Below, piece after piece: positions 9,419-20,800 of a stretch of 64,000 bases of DNA. The notes under the pieces were generated by a model. It searched no databases. It saw only the letters and a list, made by a program, of their open reading frames with translations, and had not been told where the DNA came from. Source of the stretch: Leptolyngbyaceae cyanobacterium (lineage in GTDB: Bacteria > Cyanobacteriota > Cyanobacteriia > Phormidesmidales > Phormidesmidaceae); contig JBHJHA010000053.1 of the NCBI GenBank assembly GCA_050331235.1, forward strand, positions 1 to 64,000. The letters run 5' to 3'. Each line of letters begins with the position of its first letter. The first letter of the stretch is position 1. Position numbers and translations under genes: made by a program.

Positions 9419-11233
9419 ATGCGCCTCTCACAGATGCTGTTTGTCACCCTGCGAGAAGACCCCGCAGAAGCGGAAATTCCCAGTCATAAACTGCTGTTGA
9501 GAGCAGGTTACATGCGTCGCATTGCTAGTGGCGTTTATGCCTATCTACCACTCCTGTGGCGCGTACTGAACAAAATCTCTGCCATCGTGCGCGAAGAGCT
9601 AAATGCGACCGGGGCTCAAGAATGCCTGCTGCCTCAGCTCCAGCCTTCGGACCTGTGGAAAGAGTCGGGAAGGTGGGATACCTACACTAAGGCGGAAGGC
9701 ATCATGTTTTCCCTGGTCGATCGCCGCGAACAGGAAATGGGGTTAGGCCCTACCCATGAGGAGGTCATCACGGCGATCGCCCGCGACATGATTCGTTCCT
9801 ATCGACAGCTGCCGCTCAATCTTTACCAAATTCAAACGAAGTTTCGCGATGAGATTCGTTCCCGCTTTGGCCTGATGCGCGGTCGCGAATTCATTATGAA
9901 AGATGCCTATTCCTTCCATGCGGATGAAGCCAGCCTGAAAGCAACCTATCAAGATATGTACGGCGCTTACACCCAGATTTTGCAGCGTTGCGGTCTCCAG
10001 TTTCGAGCGGTGGATGCCGACTCTGGGGCGATCGGCGGCTCGGGCTCCACCGAATTTATGGTGCTGGCTGACGCGGGTGAAGATGAGGTGCTGTATACCG
10101 AAGACGGTCAGTATGCGGCCAATGTGGAAAAGGCCGTTTCCTTACCTGTGGAGGCGGTGCCGTCCAACTTTGCGCAGTATGAGAAGCTCGATACGCCCAA
10201 TACTCCCACAATTGACAGCTTGACAAAGTTTCTCAAGTGTTCCCCCACCCAGGTGGTCAAAAATGTGCTTTATCAGGTGGTGTATGACACTGGGCGAACG
10301 GTTTTGGTCCTGATTAGCATTCGCGGGGACCAAGACGTTAATGACACCAAGTTGCAAAATGAGTTGTCGAAGCTAGCAGGGCAATTCGGAGCGACTAGCG
10401 TGATTGCGTTAGATGTGCCGGATGAAGCGGCTCAGCAAAAGTGGGCAGCGCAGCCGCTGCCATTGGGCTATATTGCTCCCAATCTGTCGGACGATTACAT
10501 TCGAGCGGAAGGTCAGACTATAGAGCCCAAATTTTTGCGCTTGGTAGATCATACGGCCATTGATCTGTCCAACTTTGTAACAGGCTCGAATGAATCGGGC
10601 TTCCATACTGTCGGGGGCAACTGGGGCCAGGAATTTGAGCTGCCATCGTTGCAAGTAGACGTACGAGAGGCTAAGGCAGGCGATCGCGCCGTCCACGACC
10701 CCACCCAGGTATTACAGACTGCCCGGGGGATTGAGATTGGCCACATCTTTCAACTGGGGCAAAAATATTCCCGGGCCATGGGGGCAACCTACACCGCTGA
10801 GTCTGGGGAGGAGGTGCCGTTGTGGATGGGCTGCTATGGCGTGGGGGTCTCCCGCTTAGCGCAATCAGCCGTGGAGCAATCCCACGATAAAAATGGGATT
10901 ATCTGGCCGATCGCGATCGCGCCTTACCATGCCATTGTGTTGGTGCCTAATGTCAGCGATGAGACGCAAATGGCCATGGCCGAAAAGCTTTACAGCGAGC
11001 TCAATACGGCGGGGATAGAAACCCTGCTAGACGATCGCAATGAGCGGGCGGGGGTCAAGTTCAAAGATTCGGAACTCGTCGGCATTCCGTTCCGGATTGT
11101 GACTGGGAGGTCGCTGAAAGATGGCAAAGTCGAAGTGGTACAGCGGGCTACCGGTACCTCCCAAGAGCTGGCCATTGCCGACGTAGTCCCAACGCTGCAA
11201 GCGTGGATTGCTGAAGCGATCGGTTCCCACTAA
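9419..11233 (+). CDS. proS: Proline--tRNA ligase (bacterial type with insertion/editing domain)
   Basis: MRLSQML start, [44 protein letters not shown]. Confidence 0.97.
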   Translation: MRLSQMLFVTLREDPAEAEIPSHKLLLRAGYMRRIASGVYAYLPLLWRVLNKISAIVREELNATGAQECLLPQLQPSDLWKESGRWDTYTKAEGIMFSLVDRREQEMGLGPTHEEVITAIARDMIRSYRQLPLNLYQIQTKFRDEIRSRFGLMRGREFIMKDAYSFHADEASLKATYQDMYGAYTQILQRCGLQFRAVDADSGAIGGSGSTEFMVLADAGEDEVLYTEDGQYAANVEKAVSLPVEAVPSNFAQYEKLDTPNTPTIDSLTKFLKCSPTQVVKNVLYQVVYDTGRTVLVLISIRGDQDVNDTKLQNELSKLAGQFGATSVIALDVPDEAAQQKWAAQPLPLGYIAPNLSDDYIRAEGQTIEPKFLRLVDHTAIDLSNFVTGSNESGFHTVGGNWGQEFELPSLQVDVREAKAGDRAVHDPTQVLQTARGIEIGHIFQLGQKYSRAMGATYTAESGEEVPLWMGCYGVGVSRLAQSAVEQSHDKNGIIWPIAIAPYHAIVLVPNVSDETQMAMAEKLYSELNTAGIETLLDDRNERAGVKFKDSELVGIPFRIVTGRSLKDGKVEVVQRATGTSQELAIADVVPTLQAWIAEAIGSH

Positions 11234-11275
11234 GTTATCGAGACCGTTGCCCATCGGTTTATTGGGAAGAGCAGA

Positions 11276-12079
11276 TTGATGGAATGGATCACAATTATCC
11301 TGTCAAGTTTATTTACGCTGTTTTCTCCCGTCGGGTTGGTGGCAGACCAAGTCGCGGAGGGGGTGATCCGCGATCGCATCTACCAGGCAGATCTCATTGA
11401 TGTGCGAATCGACAACACGCCCAATTTTCAACTGGTGGGGGGCCGGGTTGACCGAGTGCGCCTCGCAGGGCGGGGGGTGTATCCGGTGCCAGAGCTGCGC
11501 ATTGACACCCTCGATTTGGAAACGGACCCGATTGACATCGATTTGCCGGCGCTGCAAGCGGGCAAGTTTGCCCTGGATGAGCCGATTCAAGCGGCTAGTC
11601 ACTTGATTTTAAAGACCGAGGATCTGAATGTCCTCTTGCGGTCGGAGCGGGTGCAGAGGTTGCTCAATACGCTCCGCTTTGAGCTGCCGGGGGCCTCCGA
11701 GCGGGAGAAAAATCGCTATGGCTTTAGTAACCCGCAGATTGAATTTTTGCCAGGCAATCGGGTGCGGGTCTCTGTTGACATTAACGACCTTGTGCAGCAG
11801 GAACAGGTGGCCGCGATCGTCGAAACCGGATTGCAGTTCGTCGATGGACACCAACTGCAACTAGTTGAGCCCACCGTGATGATTGACAATCAGCCCGTAC
11901 CTCGCCAGCTTGTTGAGTCGTTTGTAGTGGGCATCAACTCGGAACTAACGCTCAAGCAGTTTGACGACTTGCAGGTTGTCGCTCGAGTCCTCAATTTTGA
12001 GTTGCAGCCAGAAGCGCTAGATTTGGTTTTTTATGTGCGGGTCGATCCGAGCTCGCCGCTACTACAATTTGAAAATTAG
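11276..12079 (+). CDS. DUF2993/LmeA-like protein
   Basis: N-terminal hydrophobic anchor, GRVDRVRLAGRG and LDLETDPI patterns. Confidence 0.65.
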   Translation: MMEWITIILSSLFTLFSPVGLVADQVAEGVIRDRIYQADLIDVRIDNTPNFQLVGGRVDRVRLAGRGVYPVPELRIDTLDLETDPIDIDLPALQAGKFALDEPIQAASHLILKTEDLNVLLRSERVQRLLNTLRFELPGASEREKNRYGFSNPQIEFLPGNRVRVSVDINDLVQQEQVAAIVETGLQFVDGHQLQLVEPTVMIDNQPVPRQLVESFVVGINSELTLKQFDDLQVVARVLNFELQPEALDLVFYVRVDPSSPLLQFEN

Positions 12080-12186
12080 GATGACAACGATCGCTTTGAC
12101 GGCTGCGTGAGCTCCGCAAAGTGTCATAGTCAAGGTCAGGTAGGCCAGCGAAAAATGTCAGGCTATGGATAGCATTGAGGGCTTGA

Positions 12187-12879
12187 GTGATGGAAGACAA
12201 AACGCCTCGACAGCGACCACCCTTGGGGGTTGTGATTGCGCTAGTGGCGATTGCCCTGAGTGCTGGTAGCGCTACCGCCTGGTTTACTTGGCGAGCGATT
12301 TCCCCCCCCGAGCCGCTGGCCGATTTTCCAGAAATTGAGATCGAAGGCGAGACCGTTCCAGAAGGCTTTGATCCGCCAGTTTCTGAGTCGATTGAAGTTC
12401 CCGATCCTCCGGAGCCGGATAGCTCAGGGGTTCCGCCCCAACCAGGTACTCTCTATTGGCTCTCAACCGACGGCGACGCGATCGCCCTTAACCCGAGCAC
12501 GGTAGAGGTTCCGGCCGATGCGTCCTCTGCCGATATCCTTGAGCTTGCCTTTGCTGATCTGATGGGCGGTCCAGAGAGTGCTGGGGCGGCTACGGGCATC
12601 CCTGAATCAACTGAGCTGCTGGCACTCGAGGTTGAGTCGGATGGCGTACATGTCAATTTGTCGGAAGATTTCACCGATGGCGGCGGCAGTGCCTCAATGA
12701 TTGGTCGCCTCGCTCAAGTGATTTATACGGCCACGGCGTTAGACCCGACGGCTGCTGTTTGGATTGACGTTGCTGGTCAACCTTTGACTCTGCTAGGGGG
12801 GGAAGGACTAGAAGTCCGGCAACCTATGACGCGGACCGATCTCGAAGCTGACTTTGGGGTGACGGCCCCGGCAGACTAA
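12187..12879 (+). CDS. GerMN-domain membrane-anchored protein
   Basis: TM segment; IPxxTxLL, VNLSEDFTDGGGSASM and RLAQVIYTAT. Confidence 0.85.
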   Translation: MMEDKTPRQRPPLGVVIALVAIALSAGSATAWFTWRAISPPEPLADFPEIEIEGETVPEGFDPPVSESIEVPDPPEPDSSGVPPQPGTLYWLSTDGDAIALNPSTVEVPADASSADILELAFADLMGGPESAGAATGIPESTELLALEVESDGVHVNLSEDFTDGGGSASMIGRLAQVIYTATALDPTAAVWIDVAGQPLTLLGGEGLEVRQPMTRTDLEADFGVTAPAD

Positions 12880-12938
12880 ACGGTTCCTACCAGGGAATTG
12901 CTTGCCCGATGACGTCATCCAGATGTCAAAGCGTCCGA

Positions 12939-13307
12939 TTATCCGCGATGGCGATAGCTATCAGTCGCTGTTGGGGCTAGGCTAAACGCGCGCATACTTT
13001 GAGCCTGTTGCTCAATCCGTGAGGCAAGGCGATCGCCCACGAGCTGACACAGCTCATAGGTTAGGGTGTCTGTCACCCGATAATAGGCCGCTGTTCCTTC
13101 AGTGCGTCGAGATAGCATGCCCGCTTGGAGCATCACCTTGAGATGCTTTGAGACGTTTGCTTGGCTTGTAGCGGTAGCTGCAACCAGATCTTGAACGCAC
13201 TGTTCACCATCCCGGAGCAGATTTAAGATCCGCAACCGCATGGGCTCGCTCAGGATACTGAAGTAGGCCGCCACCTGCTGAACTACATCGGTGGGTACCG
13301 GCTCCAT
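12939..13307 (-). CDS. ArsR/SmtB-family transcriptional regulator
   Basis: LSEPMRLRILNLL, EQCVQDL, SQANVSKHLKVM. Confidence 0.9.
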   Translation of the reverse strand: MEPVPTDVVQQVAAYFSILSEPMRLRILNLLRDGEQCVQDLVAATATSQANVSKHLKVMLQAGMLSRRTEGTAAYYRVTDTLTYELCQLVGDRLASRIEQQAQSMRAFSLAPTATDSYRHRG

Positions 13308-13387
13308 GGGCTTAACTCCGACTGTGTGTGAAACGATCCCCGCTATTCTAGCAACCCTTTCTCAGCGATTTGCGGGGCGACCTTCTA

Positions 13388-16300
13388 TCACCAGACAGAT
13401 TCCTGTCGGGATTCCACCGCGGCTTCGGCTGCATGGGCGACCTGTCGCAACTGCTCTAAGGTATCACTGGTCGCCGATTGCCAAAGGCGGCGTTGATGGG
13501 CTTCTAGAAGGCGCTCAGCGATGTCCCGGAGGGCCCATGGGTTGACCTCCTGCATAAAGGCTTGGGTTTTGCTATCCAGAGCGTAGGCGGCGGCGAGCCC
13601 GTCATACATGTGATCGGGAACACAGCGGGTGGTGGCATCGTAGGCAAACAAATAATCAACGGTGGCGGCCATTTCAAAGGCCCCTTTGTAGCCGTGTCGT
13701 TGAACACCAGCAATCCATTTAGGGTTGATCACCCGGGAACGGTAGACGCGAGCGATTTCTTGGGAGAGCGATCGCACCTTAGGATTTTCTGCCACCGCGT
13801 GGTCGCCAAAGTACACTGTTGGCGATCGCCCAGAGGCGACTTTCACCGCTGCGGTCAGCCCCCCTTGAAACTGGTAGTAATCATCCGAGTCCAGGAGGTC
13901 ATGTTCACGATTGTCTTGGTTATGTAGCACTACCTGCATGGTTTGCAGCCGCGCCTGAAAGGCCTCTGGGGCTGATCGCCCCTGGGCCTGACGACCGTAG
14001 GCATAGCTACTCCAGTTGACATATGCCCGGGCCAGATCGGCCTCATCGGTCCAGTTTTGAGCTTCAATTAAGCCTTGGAGCCCAGCACCATAGGCCCCCG
14101 GCTTAGAGCCGAAAATCCGGTAGCGAGACCGGGCGATCGCCACAGCAGGGGGAAGCCCCCGCTGTATCCATTCGTGGGCCTCGGTTTGGGTGCTGGCCGC
14201 TAGGGGATTGTCGGTGGAGGGTTCGGGCAGCTGGGCAACTGCTTCGACCGCCTGGTCAAACAGATCAATTAGGTTGGGAAAAGCATCCCGAAAGAAGCCA
14301 GACACCCTGAGGGTGACATCGATGCGGGGGCGACCTAACGCTTGAATAGGCAAGATTTCAAAATCGACCACTCGACGGGAGGGGCCATCCCAAATCGGCT
14401 GAACGCCCATGAGGGCAAGGGCCTCAGCAATATCATCGCCGCCAGTTCGCATGGTGGAGGTGCCCCATACCGACAGCCCTAAGCTCTGGGGATACTCCCC
14501 GTGTTCCTGGGTGTAACGCTCAACTAAAACCTCTGCGGCCTTGCGCCCCACATCCCAGGCACTCTCAGTTGGAATTGCCCGAATATCAACGGAATAGAAA
14601 TTGCGCCCGGTGGGCAACACCTCAGGACGATTGCGCGTAGGGGCTCCGGCGGGACCGCTGGAGACATAGCGTCCATCTAATCCAGCCAGCAAATTGTGAA
14701 TCTCTTGGGAGGTCTGCCGCAGGGCTGGCAGTAGCGTTTGTTGAATCCAGACGAGCTCGCGGTGCAGCGCTGGAGTAGGGGCGATCGCGACTCCCAGGTC
14801 GGGACTGGGGGCCGCTATGATTTGTGCTACCCATTGTTGAGTCTGCTCCTCCATCACCGCTACAGCATCTCCCTTAGTGCGGCAAGCTGAAAGCAGTGAT
14901 GCGACGGGGGGAGCGATAGCGGTTGGTGGCTGCCACGGCTCGCCCAGCTCGTCGGTCAACGGATCGAAGTCGAGCTGCCACGCTTGGGCGATAGCCCGGG
15001 AGAGTCCTAGGCGATCGCGGCTCGGATGGCGGGCGATAGCCACCACCAGGTCCCGCAGTTGCCGGCCTTGGGGGCAGCGCCCAAAGATATGCAACCCATC
15101 GCGAATCTGAGCTTCTTTAAGCTCACACAAGTAGCCATCCACCAGCGGCAGCCACGTTGTAAAGGTGGTATCGCTAGGCGGACTCGATAAGTCCGTTGCG
15201 GTCATGGAGGACTGGATCTGAGGGATTGCTGGGGCTAGGTCTTGCCAGAGATGGGTGGTTTGTAATAGCGTCAAAATGCGATCGCGAAGTGGCACCAGCC
15301 GAGTGGGATCAAGGCTCTGCGCTTCGTAATATTCGTCCACCCAGCCTTCGAGCTGTTGTAGAGGGCCATAGAGCTCGGCTCGGGTCAGTGGCGGCGTCAG
15401 ATGATCAATAATCACTGCCTGCGCCCGACGTTTGGCCTGGGCTCCCTCCCCCGGATCATTCACGATGAAGGGGTATAAATGGGGCATCGGTCCCAGGGCC
15501 ACCTCGGGGTAGCAGTCAGCGGAGAGGCCCACGCCTTTACCAGGCAGCCACTCTAAGTTGCCGTGCTTGCCCATATGGACGACTGCTTGCACCTGGAAAG
15601 TCTGCCGGAGCCAACCGTAAAAAGCCAAGTATGCATGGGTGGGCACTAGGTCGGGGGCGTGGTAGTTCAGCGATGGATCGCGATCATATCCCCGGCTTGG
15701 TTGAATGCCCACGAACACATTCCCAAACTGCAGGCCAGCGATAGGCCAGCTAGCGGTGGTCAGTGCCGGATAGCGCGATCGCTCTGCCGCTGGGGTGCCC
15801 CACTGCTGCTGCACAGCCTGTTGGACCTCATCCGACAGGGTTTGCCAAAACGCCTCGTAGGCCGATGGACTGAGGCATTGTGCTGTTGGTCGCATAGCCC
15901 AGCTCTCAGGATCATTGGTCATTTGCTGAGTCAACCGCTGCATCAGGTCATGACCATCGGTCGGCAGGTCGGTGACGGTGTAACCGGCGGTTTGCAAGGC
16001 CCGCAACAGCTCAACGCAGCTTTGAGGCGTATCTAGCCCGACGCCATTGGCGAGGCGACCATCTCGATTGGGATAGTTGGCCAGGACTAGCGCCAAGCGA
16101 CGTTGGGCCGGTGGCGTCTGCTGCAAAGCCAGCCAATTGGCCGCCAAGTCAGCCACAAACTTAAGGCGATCGCCCACTGGCTCATAGGCCACTACATCAG
16201 TTTCTAACCGAGTGTCATGGGTAGCGGCTGATTTGAAGGAAATAGCCCGCGTAATGATCCGGCCATCGACCTCAGGCAGGGCTACGTTCATGGCAATATC

Positions 16301-17233
16301 CCTGGGCTTAAGCCCCATCGAATTTTGCTGCCACTGGGTTTGGGTGCTGCCGCTGAGGATGGCCTGCAACACGGGCACATTGAACCGCCGCCAGAGATCG
16401 AGTTGGGGCGTCGCGGTATTGAGCTTGGCGACGGCAAAACTCGTGGTATTGAGTAATAGCCCGACGCCCTCTGGGGTATCAGGCGGCAGTGCGGACATCA
16501 GCTCCGCTTGCACGTCGGGGTCCTGTAGCGAAGAGACGAACATCGGCACGGGCTCAATTTGCCGCTGGCGTAAGGCCTTGCACAGGGCATCGATGGGGGC
16601 GGTGTTGCCGGCTAGGTAATGGGCTCGATAAAACAGCACGCCCGCTCGAAACTGAGGCGTGGGGAATTGCGACTCGGTGGTGGCGCAGGGATAGCGCCCG
16701 ACTCGGGGAATCGGAGTCGGGGCAGGGGGCGAAAATTGAGTTTGCAGACAGCGATCGCAGATCAACATCAGCCCATGCTGAAAGTTCTCAACTCCTCCCT
16801 CGATTAAGTAGCGCCAAAGCTGATGAACCACCGTTAATGGCACGGTGGAATGGCTCATCAAGTCTGGATCTGGGCGATCGTCCCCTGGCAGCACCACTAA
16901 AGCAGTGGCCTGGCTAACGGCAATTTCCTTGGCCACTTCGAGCCCGTAAGACCAGTAAGCGCGCCCGCCTAACAGCCTCAAAATGATGACACGAGCGGCA
17001 CTCAATACGCTGTCGGCATAGGTATCAATCGCCAGCTGTTGCTGGAGCTGGAGCAAATTGACTACACGCATGGCTGGGGCCTTGGTTGGCCACTGACTAG
17101 CAACGCGGGACCAGCACTGGATATCCGTATCGGCAGCGGTCATAATCACCAGCGGTGCCGGGGACTGCTCGACAAAGATGACGCCGTCTGTGTCCGGAGT
17201 CCAGCCGCCGGGGGTTGCTGCCAATCTATGCAT
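13388..17233 (-). CDS. cobN: Cobaltochelatase subunit CobN
   Basis: MHRLAATPGG start, PEVDGRI, GKHGNLEWLPGK, LPTGRNFY, HNQDNREHDLLDSDDYYQF. Confidence 0.96.
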   Translation of the reverse strand: MHRLAATPGGWTPDTDGVIFVEQSPAPLVIMTAADTDIQCWSRVASQWPTKAPAMRVVNLLQLQQQLAIDTYADSVLSAARVIILRLLGGRAYWSYGLEVAKEIAVSQATALVVLPGDDRPDPDLMSHSTVPLTVVHQLWRYLIEGGVENFQHGLMLICDRCLQTQFSPPAPTPIPRVGRYPCATTESQFPTPQFRAGVLFYRAHYLAGNTAPIDALCKALRQRQIEPVPMFVSSLQDPDVQAELMSALPPDTPEGVGLLLNTTSFAVAKLNTATPQLDLWRRFNVPVLQAILSGSTQTQWQQNSMGLKPRDIAMNVALPEVDGRIITRAISFKSAATHDTRLETDVVAYEPVGDRLKFVADLAANWLALQQTPPAQRRLALVLANYPNRDGRLANGVGLDTPQSCVELLRALQTAGYTVTDLPTDGHDLMQRLTQQMTNDPESWAMRPTAQCLSPSAYEAFWQTLSDEVQQAVQQQWGTPAAERSRYPALTTASWPIAGLQFGNVFVGIQPSRGYDRDPSLNYHAPDLVPTHAYLAFYGWLRQTFQVQAVVHMGKHGNLEWLPGKGVGLSADCYPEVALGPMPHLYPFIVNDPGEGAQAKRRAQAVIIDHLTPPLTRAELYGPLQQLEGWVDEYYEAQSLDPTRLVPLRDRILTLLQTTHLWQDLAPAIPQIQSSMTATDLSSPPSDTTFTTWLPLVDGYLCELKEAQIRDGLHIFGRCPQGRQLRDLVVAIARHPSRDRLGLSRAIAQAWQLDFDPLTDELGEPWQPPTAIAPPVASLLSACRTKGDAVAVMEEQTQQWVAQIIAAPSPDLGVAIAPTPALHRELVWIQQTLLPALRQTSQEIHNLLAGLDGRYVSSGPAGAPTRNRPEVLPTGRNFYSVDIRAIPTESAWDVGRKAAEVLVERYTQEHGEYPQSLGLSVWGTSTMRTGGDDIAEALALMGVQPIWDGPSRRVVDFEILPIQALGRPRIDVTLRVSGFFRDAFPNLIDLFDQAVEAVAQLPEPSTDNPLAASTQTEAHEWIQRGLPPAVAIARSRYRIFGSKPGAYGAGLQGLIEAQNWTDEADLARAYVNWSSYAYGRQAQGRSAPEAFQARLQTMQVVLHNQDNREHDLLDSDDYYQFQGGLTAAVKVASGRSPTVYFGDHAVAENPKVRSLSQEIARVYRSRVINPKWIAGVQRHGYKGAFEMAATVDYLFAYDATTRCVPDHMYDGLAAAYALDSKTQAFMQEVNPWALRDIAERLLEAHQRRLWQSATSDTLEQLRQVAHAAEAAVESRQESVW

Positions 17234-17432
17234 AGGGTATGGGTGAAAAATACGAAATCTGAAGGAACTCTAGCGTCTTGGGGGACAGCTCGATGTCGAA
17301 AGTTAACATGTTTTCCATGTTGTTTGACGCTAAGCAACCGGGCATAAAGTAGGAACTCAAGACTGCTGCGGAGGCCGCTAGCGCGATCGCCTCCCGGGTC
17401 TGTGGTCTATGTGCTCGTAGTTCTTCAAATCC

Positions 17433-17462
17433 AATGATTTCTGCCCTAATGATTTCTGCCCT
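17433..17462 (+). repeat. Perfect 15-bp tandem duplication (AATGATTTCTGCCCT x2) in the cobN-cikA divergent promoter region
   Basis: Read directly: 17433-17447 equals 17448-17462. Confidence 0.85.
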
Positions 17463-17590
17463 TTTGATAAATTCCTGTTGAGCGCTTGTTTTCGATTTTT
17501 GTCTCCGTCTTCGCCTAGCACTCTGACCACTGATACTCGACTCAGGGCACAAGCTGAGTTAGGGACTGCTGTTCCTAGCCGTATGATTCT

Positions 17591-19915
17591 ATGACTCAAT
17601 TTCCTCACAATTCAGAGTTTGCTGTATGGAATCTCCCACGCCCAGCCTACGAGCGCTTGCGGCAGTCACTCTGGCAGATTGCCGAGCCCCCCGCCGCGAT
17701 GCGGATTGCGGCCACCGATGCTGTGTCCGACACCCGGGTTATGGCGGATTGGCAAGACTGGCTCTTGGTCATTACGCCGGTTAGCCAAGGCTTATTGGTG
17801 CAGTATTCGCCCCCGTTGATCGAGAGCCCAGGGCCAAATACTCGCGATCGCCTTTATCAAGTGGGACTCATGACCCATCCCCGGAGTATTGCCGAGGCCA
17901 TCACAAGTTTGCGATCGCAGACGACATCTGCCTCAATGCAACAGCAGCTCCAACGGGCCCTCCAGCATTGTCACAATCGTCCGGTCGAATCTGGTAATGG
18001 CTTAGCGATGGCCCTGTTGCCGATGTTGGCCGGGGCACCACCGGAGCCGTCACTGGCGGCGGTTACGACTAGCGTCATGGAGGCCAAAGCTGCTGGGACT
18101 GTGCAGCAGGCACTTGACCGCCAGCTAGAGCAAAGCGAACTGCTGAATCAAGTCATCAACAAAATCCGTAACAGTTTAGATCTGCATGCCATCCTCTCGA
18201 ATACAGTAGAGGTAGTGCGGCGTTATTTAGGGGCTGATCGCTTGTTGATCTATCAATTTCAGCCGGTTGCCCAGCTTGCTCAGGACCCCTCCGCAACAGA
18301 GACGACTGTACTCGAACCGACTGATACCGCGGGCTACATTACATACGAGTCCCTAGCGACCAAGAATATCGAGTCGGTGAAGCATTTTGCCGAAAAATAC
18401 TGCTTTTCAGACTACGAGCACTGTCATATTAAGTACAGCGGTGGCCAGCCCATCGCGGTCAACAACGTTAGGGAAAAATATCAAGACATTCCCTGCTTGC
18501 AAAACTTTTTACAAAAGGCCAGAGTTCAGGCCAAGGTGATTGCGCCGATCTTAGTCGGCGGCGAGCTTTGGGGGTTGTTGATTGCCCATCACTGTCATTC
18601 TCCCCATGCTTGGACTGAGCCAGAGCTGACGTTTTTGCAATACATTGCTGAGCATCTTGCCCTCGCCATTCAGCAGGCCGAGCTCTACACTCAGCTGCGT
18701 CAACAAACGCAATCCCTTGAGACGTGTGTCGTTGATCGCACCCGCGATCTCAAAGATGCTCTCGCCGCCGCCGAGTCGGCTAACCTTGCCAAGAGTGAAT
18801 TTTTGGCAACCATGAGCCACGAGTTGCGTACGCCGTTGACCTGCATTATTGGTATGTCAGCTACGCTTTTGCGCTGGTCTTTGGGAGAACTGAGCGATCG
18901 CCAGCGCGCTTATTTACAAACTATCTACGACAGCGGTGAGCGCTTGCTCGCGGTAATCAACGATATTTTGGAGATGGCTAAGATCGAGTCTGGGCGAGCC
19001 GTTTTAGAAGTTCGTAGGTTTTCGTTGACGCGGCTAGCACAGCAGACCATTGATCCTTTTCGTAAACTAGGTCGCGATCGCCACATCTCCATTCATTTTG
19101 AATCCACGCTTTTAGCTGATCAAGATACCTTTGTCGGCGACCCCAGCCGGATTGCGCAAATTCTCGACAACCTGCTGAGCAATGCCCTCAAGTTTTCCCA
19201 TGACGATAGTGAGGTACGTCTGCGCCTCTGGCGAGAGCAACAAACCGCTGTTTTTCAGGTCGAAGACAGCGGTATCGGTATCCCTACGGAGAAAATTCCC
19301 CATTTATTTCGGACTTTTCATCAATTAGAAGCTAGTCGTGAAAGACAATATTCTGGCACGGGGCTCGGACTGGCGCTGACGAAGCAGCTAGTAGAGCTAC
19401 ATGGTGGCAATATCACGGTCAACTCTCGGGTTGGCGTGGGGTCTGTCTTTACCGCTCGAATCCCCCTACAGCGACTGAACAGTCAGACTAAGCCTCATCA
19501 TCAGACGGATCGCCCGGATTGTCCCGAGGCAAATGTATCACTGCCGATTGTCGGCAGGATTGTTTTGATCGAAGACGAGGAAGACCGCGCTAGTCTCATC
19601 TGCGATTTGCTGACGGCAGCCGACTATCAGGTGATTTGGATGATTGAGGGGTCGCAGGTGATCGAGCAAGTATCGCTCCTGCACCCGGCGGTCATCATTA
19701 TCAATATGAGTTTGAGCGGTCTCAATGGCGAAGGCTTAGTGACGACTTTACGGGAGACCTTGACAACTTCACATGTGAATATCCTGGCTCTTGGCAACCC
19801 CCCGGCCTCGTCAGTAGAGATGGAAAAAGTTGATGCAGTTGAGCCTTTGCCGCTGAATCCTGAGTCGCTGCTGGAAAAAGTGAATGCGTTGATTGCGACC
19901 ACTGAGCCTTACTAA
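17591..19915 (+). CDS. cikA: CikA-like GAF-histidine kinase-pseudoreceiver
   Basis: GAF (ADRLLIYQF...LWGLLIAH), H-box MSHELRTPLTCIIGMSATLLRW, HATPase NLLSNALKF and GTGLGLAL; receiver has Asn (VIIINM) at the phosphoacceptor position. Confidence 0.8.
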   Translation: MTQFPHNSEFAVWNLPRPAYERLRQSLWQIAEPPAAMRIAATDAVSDTRVMADWQDWLLVITPVSQGLLVQYSPPLIESPGPNTRDRLYQVGLMTHPRSIAEAITSLRSQTTSASMQQQLQRALQHCHNRPVESGNGLAMALLPMLAGAPPEPSLAAVTTSVMEAKAAGTVQQALDRQLEQSELLNQVINKIRNSLDLHAILSNTVEVVRRYLGADRLLIYQFQPVAQLAQDPSATETTVLEPTDTAGYITYESLATKNIESVKHFAEKYCFSDYEHCHIKYSGGQPIAVNNVREKYQDIPCLQNFLQKARVQAKVIAPILVGGELWGLLIAHHCHSPHAWTEPELTFLQYIAEHLALAIQQAELYTQLRQQTQSLETCVVDRTRDLKDALAAAESANLAKSEFLATMSHELRTPLTCIIGMSATLLRWSLGELSDRQRAYLQTIYDSGERLLAVINDILEMAKIESGRAVLEVRRFSLTRLAQQTIDPFRKLGRDRHISIHFESTLLADQDTFVGDPSRIAQILDNLLSNALKFSHDDSEVRLRLWREQQTAVFQVEDSGIGIPTEKIPHLFRTFHQLEASRERQYSGTGLGLALTKQLVELHGGNITVNSRVGVGSVFTARIPLQRLNSQTKPHHQTDRPDCPEANVSLPIVGRIVLIEDEEDRASLICDLLTAADYQVIWMIEGSQVIEQVSLLHPAVIIINMSLSGLNGEGLVTTLRETLTTSHVNILALGNPPASSVEMEKVDAVEPLPLNPESLLEKVNALIATTEPY

Positions 19916-20076
19916 CGCTGGACGGGTGGTCATCAGGGGGCGATCGCCCGACTTTCAGCAGGAATGCGACGGTATATTAACTGTCATTTTTTCCGCAGGC
20001 TGGGCTATTCTTAGTCGTCAGGGATTTCAGTCTTAGAAGTCAATTCACATCATCAATATCAGCTCGACTCTGAACT

Positions 20077-20739
20077 ATGAAGCGTTGGATTCATTTGTGG
20101 CAGCTTAAACGAACTCGATCAGCCGGTAGGCAAAACCGCTCTCCCTGGTTGCCAAGGATTGCCGGGTGCTTACTGACAGCTACGACGGTGATGCTGACCG
20201 CCAGCGGCCAGGTAAGCCCGGTCAAGGCAGTTGACAGCGGTGGCATGTCTGCTATGATGTGGCACCAAGCCTCCTTTCCCGTCGAAAATTTTCAAGCCTA
20301 CACCTCGCCCTTTGGCTATCGCTCCGACCCTTACGGCGGTGGGCAGCGCTTTCACTACGGGTTGGATATGGCCGCGCCTTCGGGGAGCTACATTCGGAGC
20401 TGGTGGGGCGGCCAGGTAGTTGAAGTTTCAGATGATAGCTCCTGTGGCACCTCGGTGGTGGTGCAGTCGGGCAACTGGCTACATATCTACTGTCATATGC
20501 AGGGCTATGTGGTGCAGGAGGGCAGCGATCGCTACATGGTTGACGGCGATGGCGGCCTGCGTATTCGAGAGGGCCAAATCGTGGACACAGGGACTCGTAT
20601 TGGACGCATTGGCATGACAGGCCGCACTACAGGGCCGCATCTGCACTGGGGTTTAAAGTACGATGAAAACTGGGTGGATCCAGCTTTGGTCTTGCACGCC
20701 ATGTACATTAGCCAGCAAGCCCAGGCCCCAAGCCAATAG
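20077..20739 (+). CDS. M23-family peptidase
   Basis: HYGLD, YCHM and GRTTGPHLHW motifs. Confidence 0.9.
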   Translation: MKRWIHLWQLKRTRSAGRQNRSPWLPRIAGCLLTATTVMLTASGQVSPVKAVDSGGMSAMMWHQASFPVENFQAYTSPFGYRSDPYGGGQRFHYGLDMAAPSGSYIRSWWGGQVVEVSDDSSCGTSVVVQSGNWLHIYCHMQGYVVQEGSDRYMVDGDGGLRIREGQIVDTGTRIGRIGMTGRTTGPHLHWGLKYDENWVDPALVLHAMYISQQAQAPSQ

Positions 20740-20800
20740 GGGCTGCTGCTGACGACTACGGGGCTTCTCAGATCCGAGGGTCGCTAGTCTAGTAGACGCG

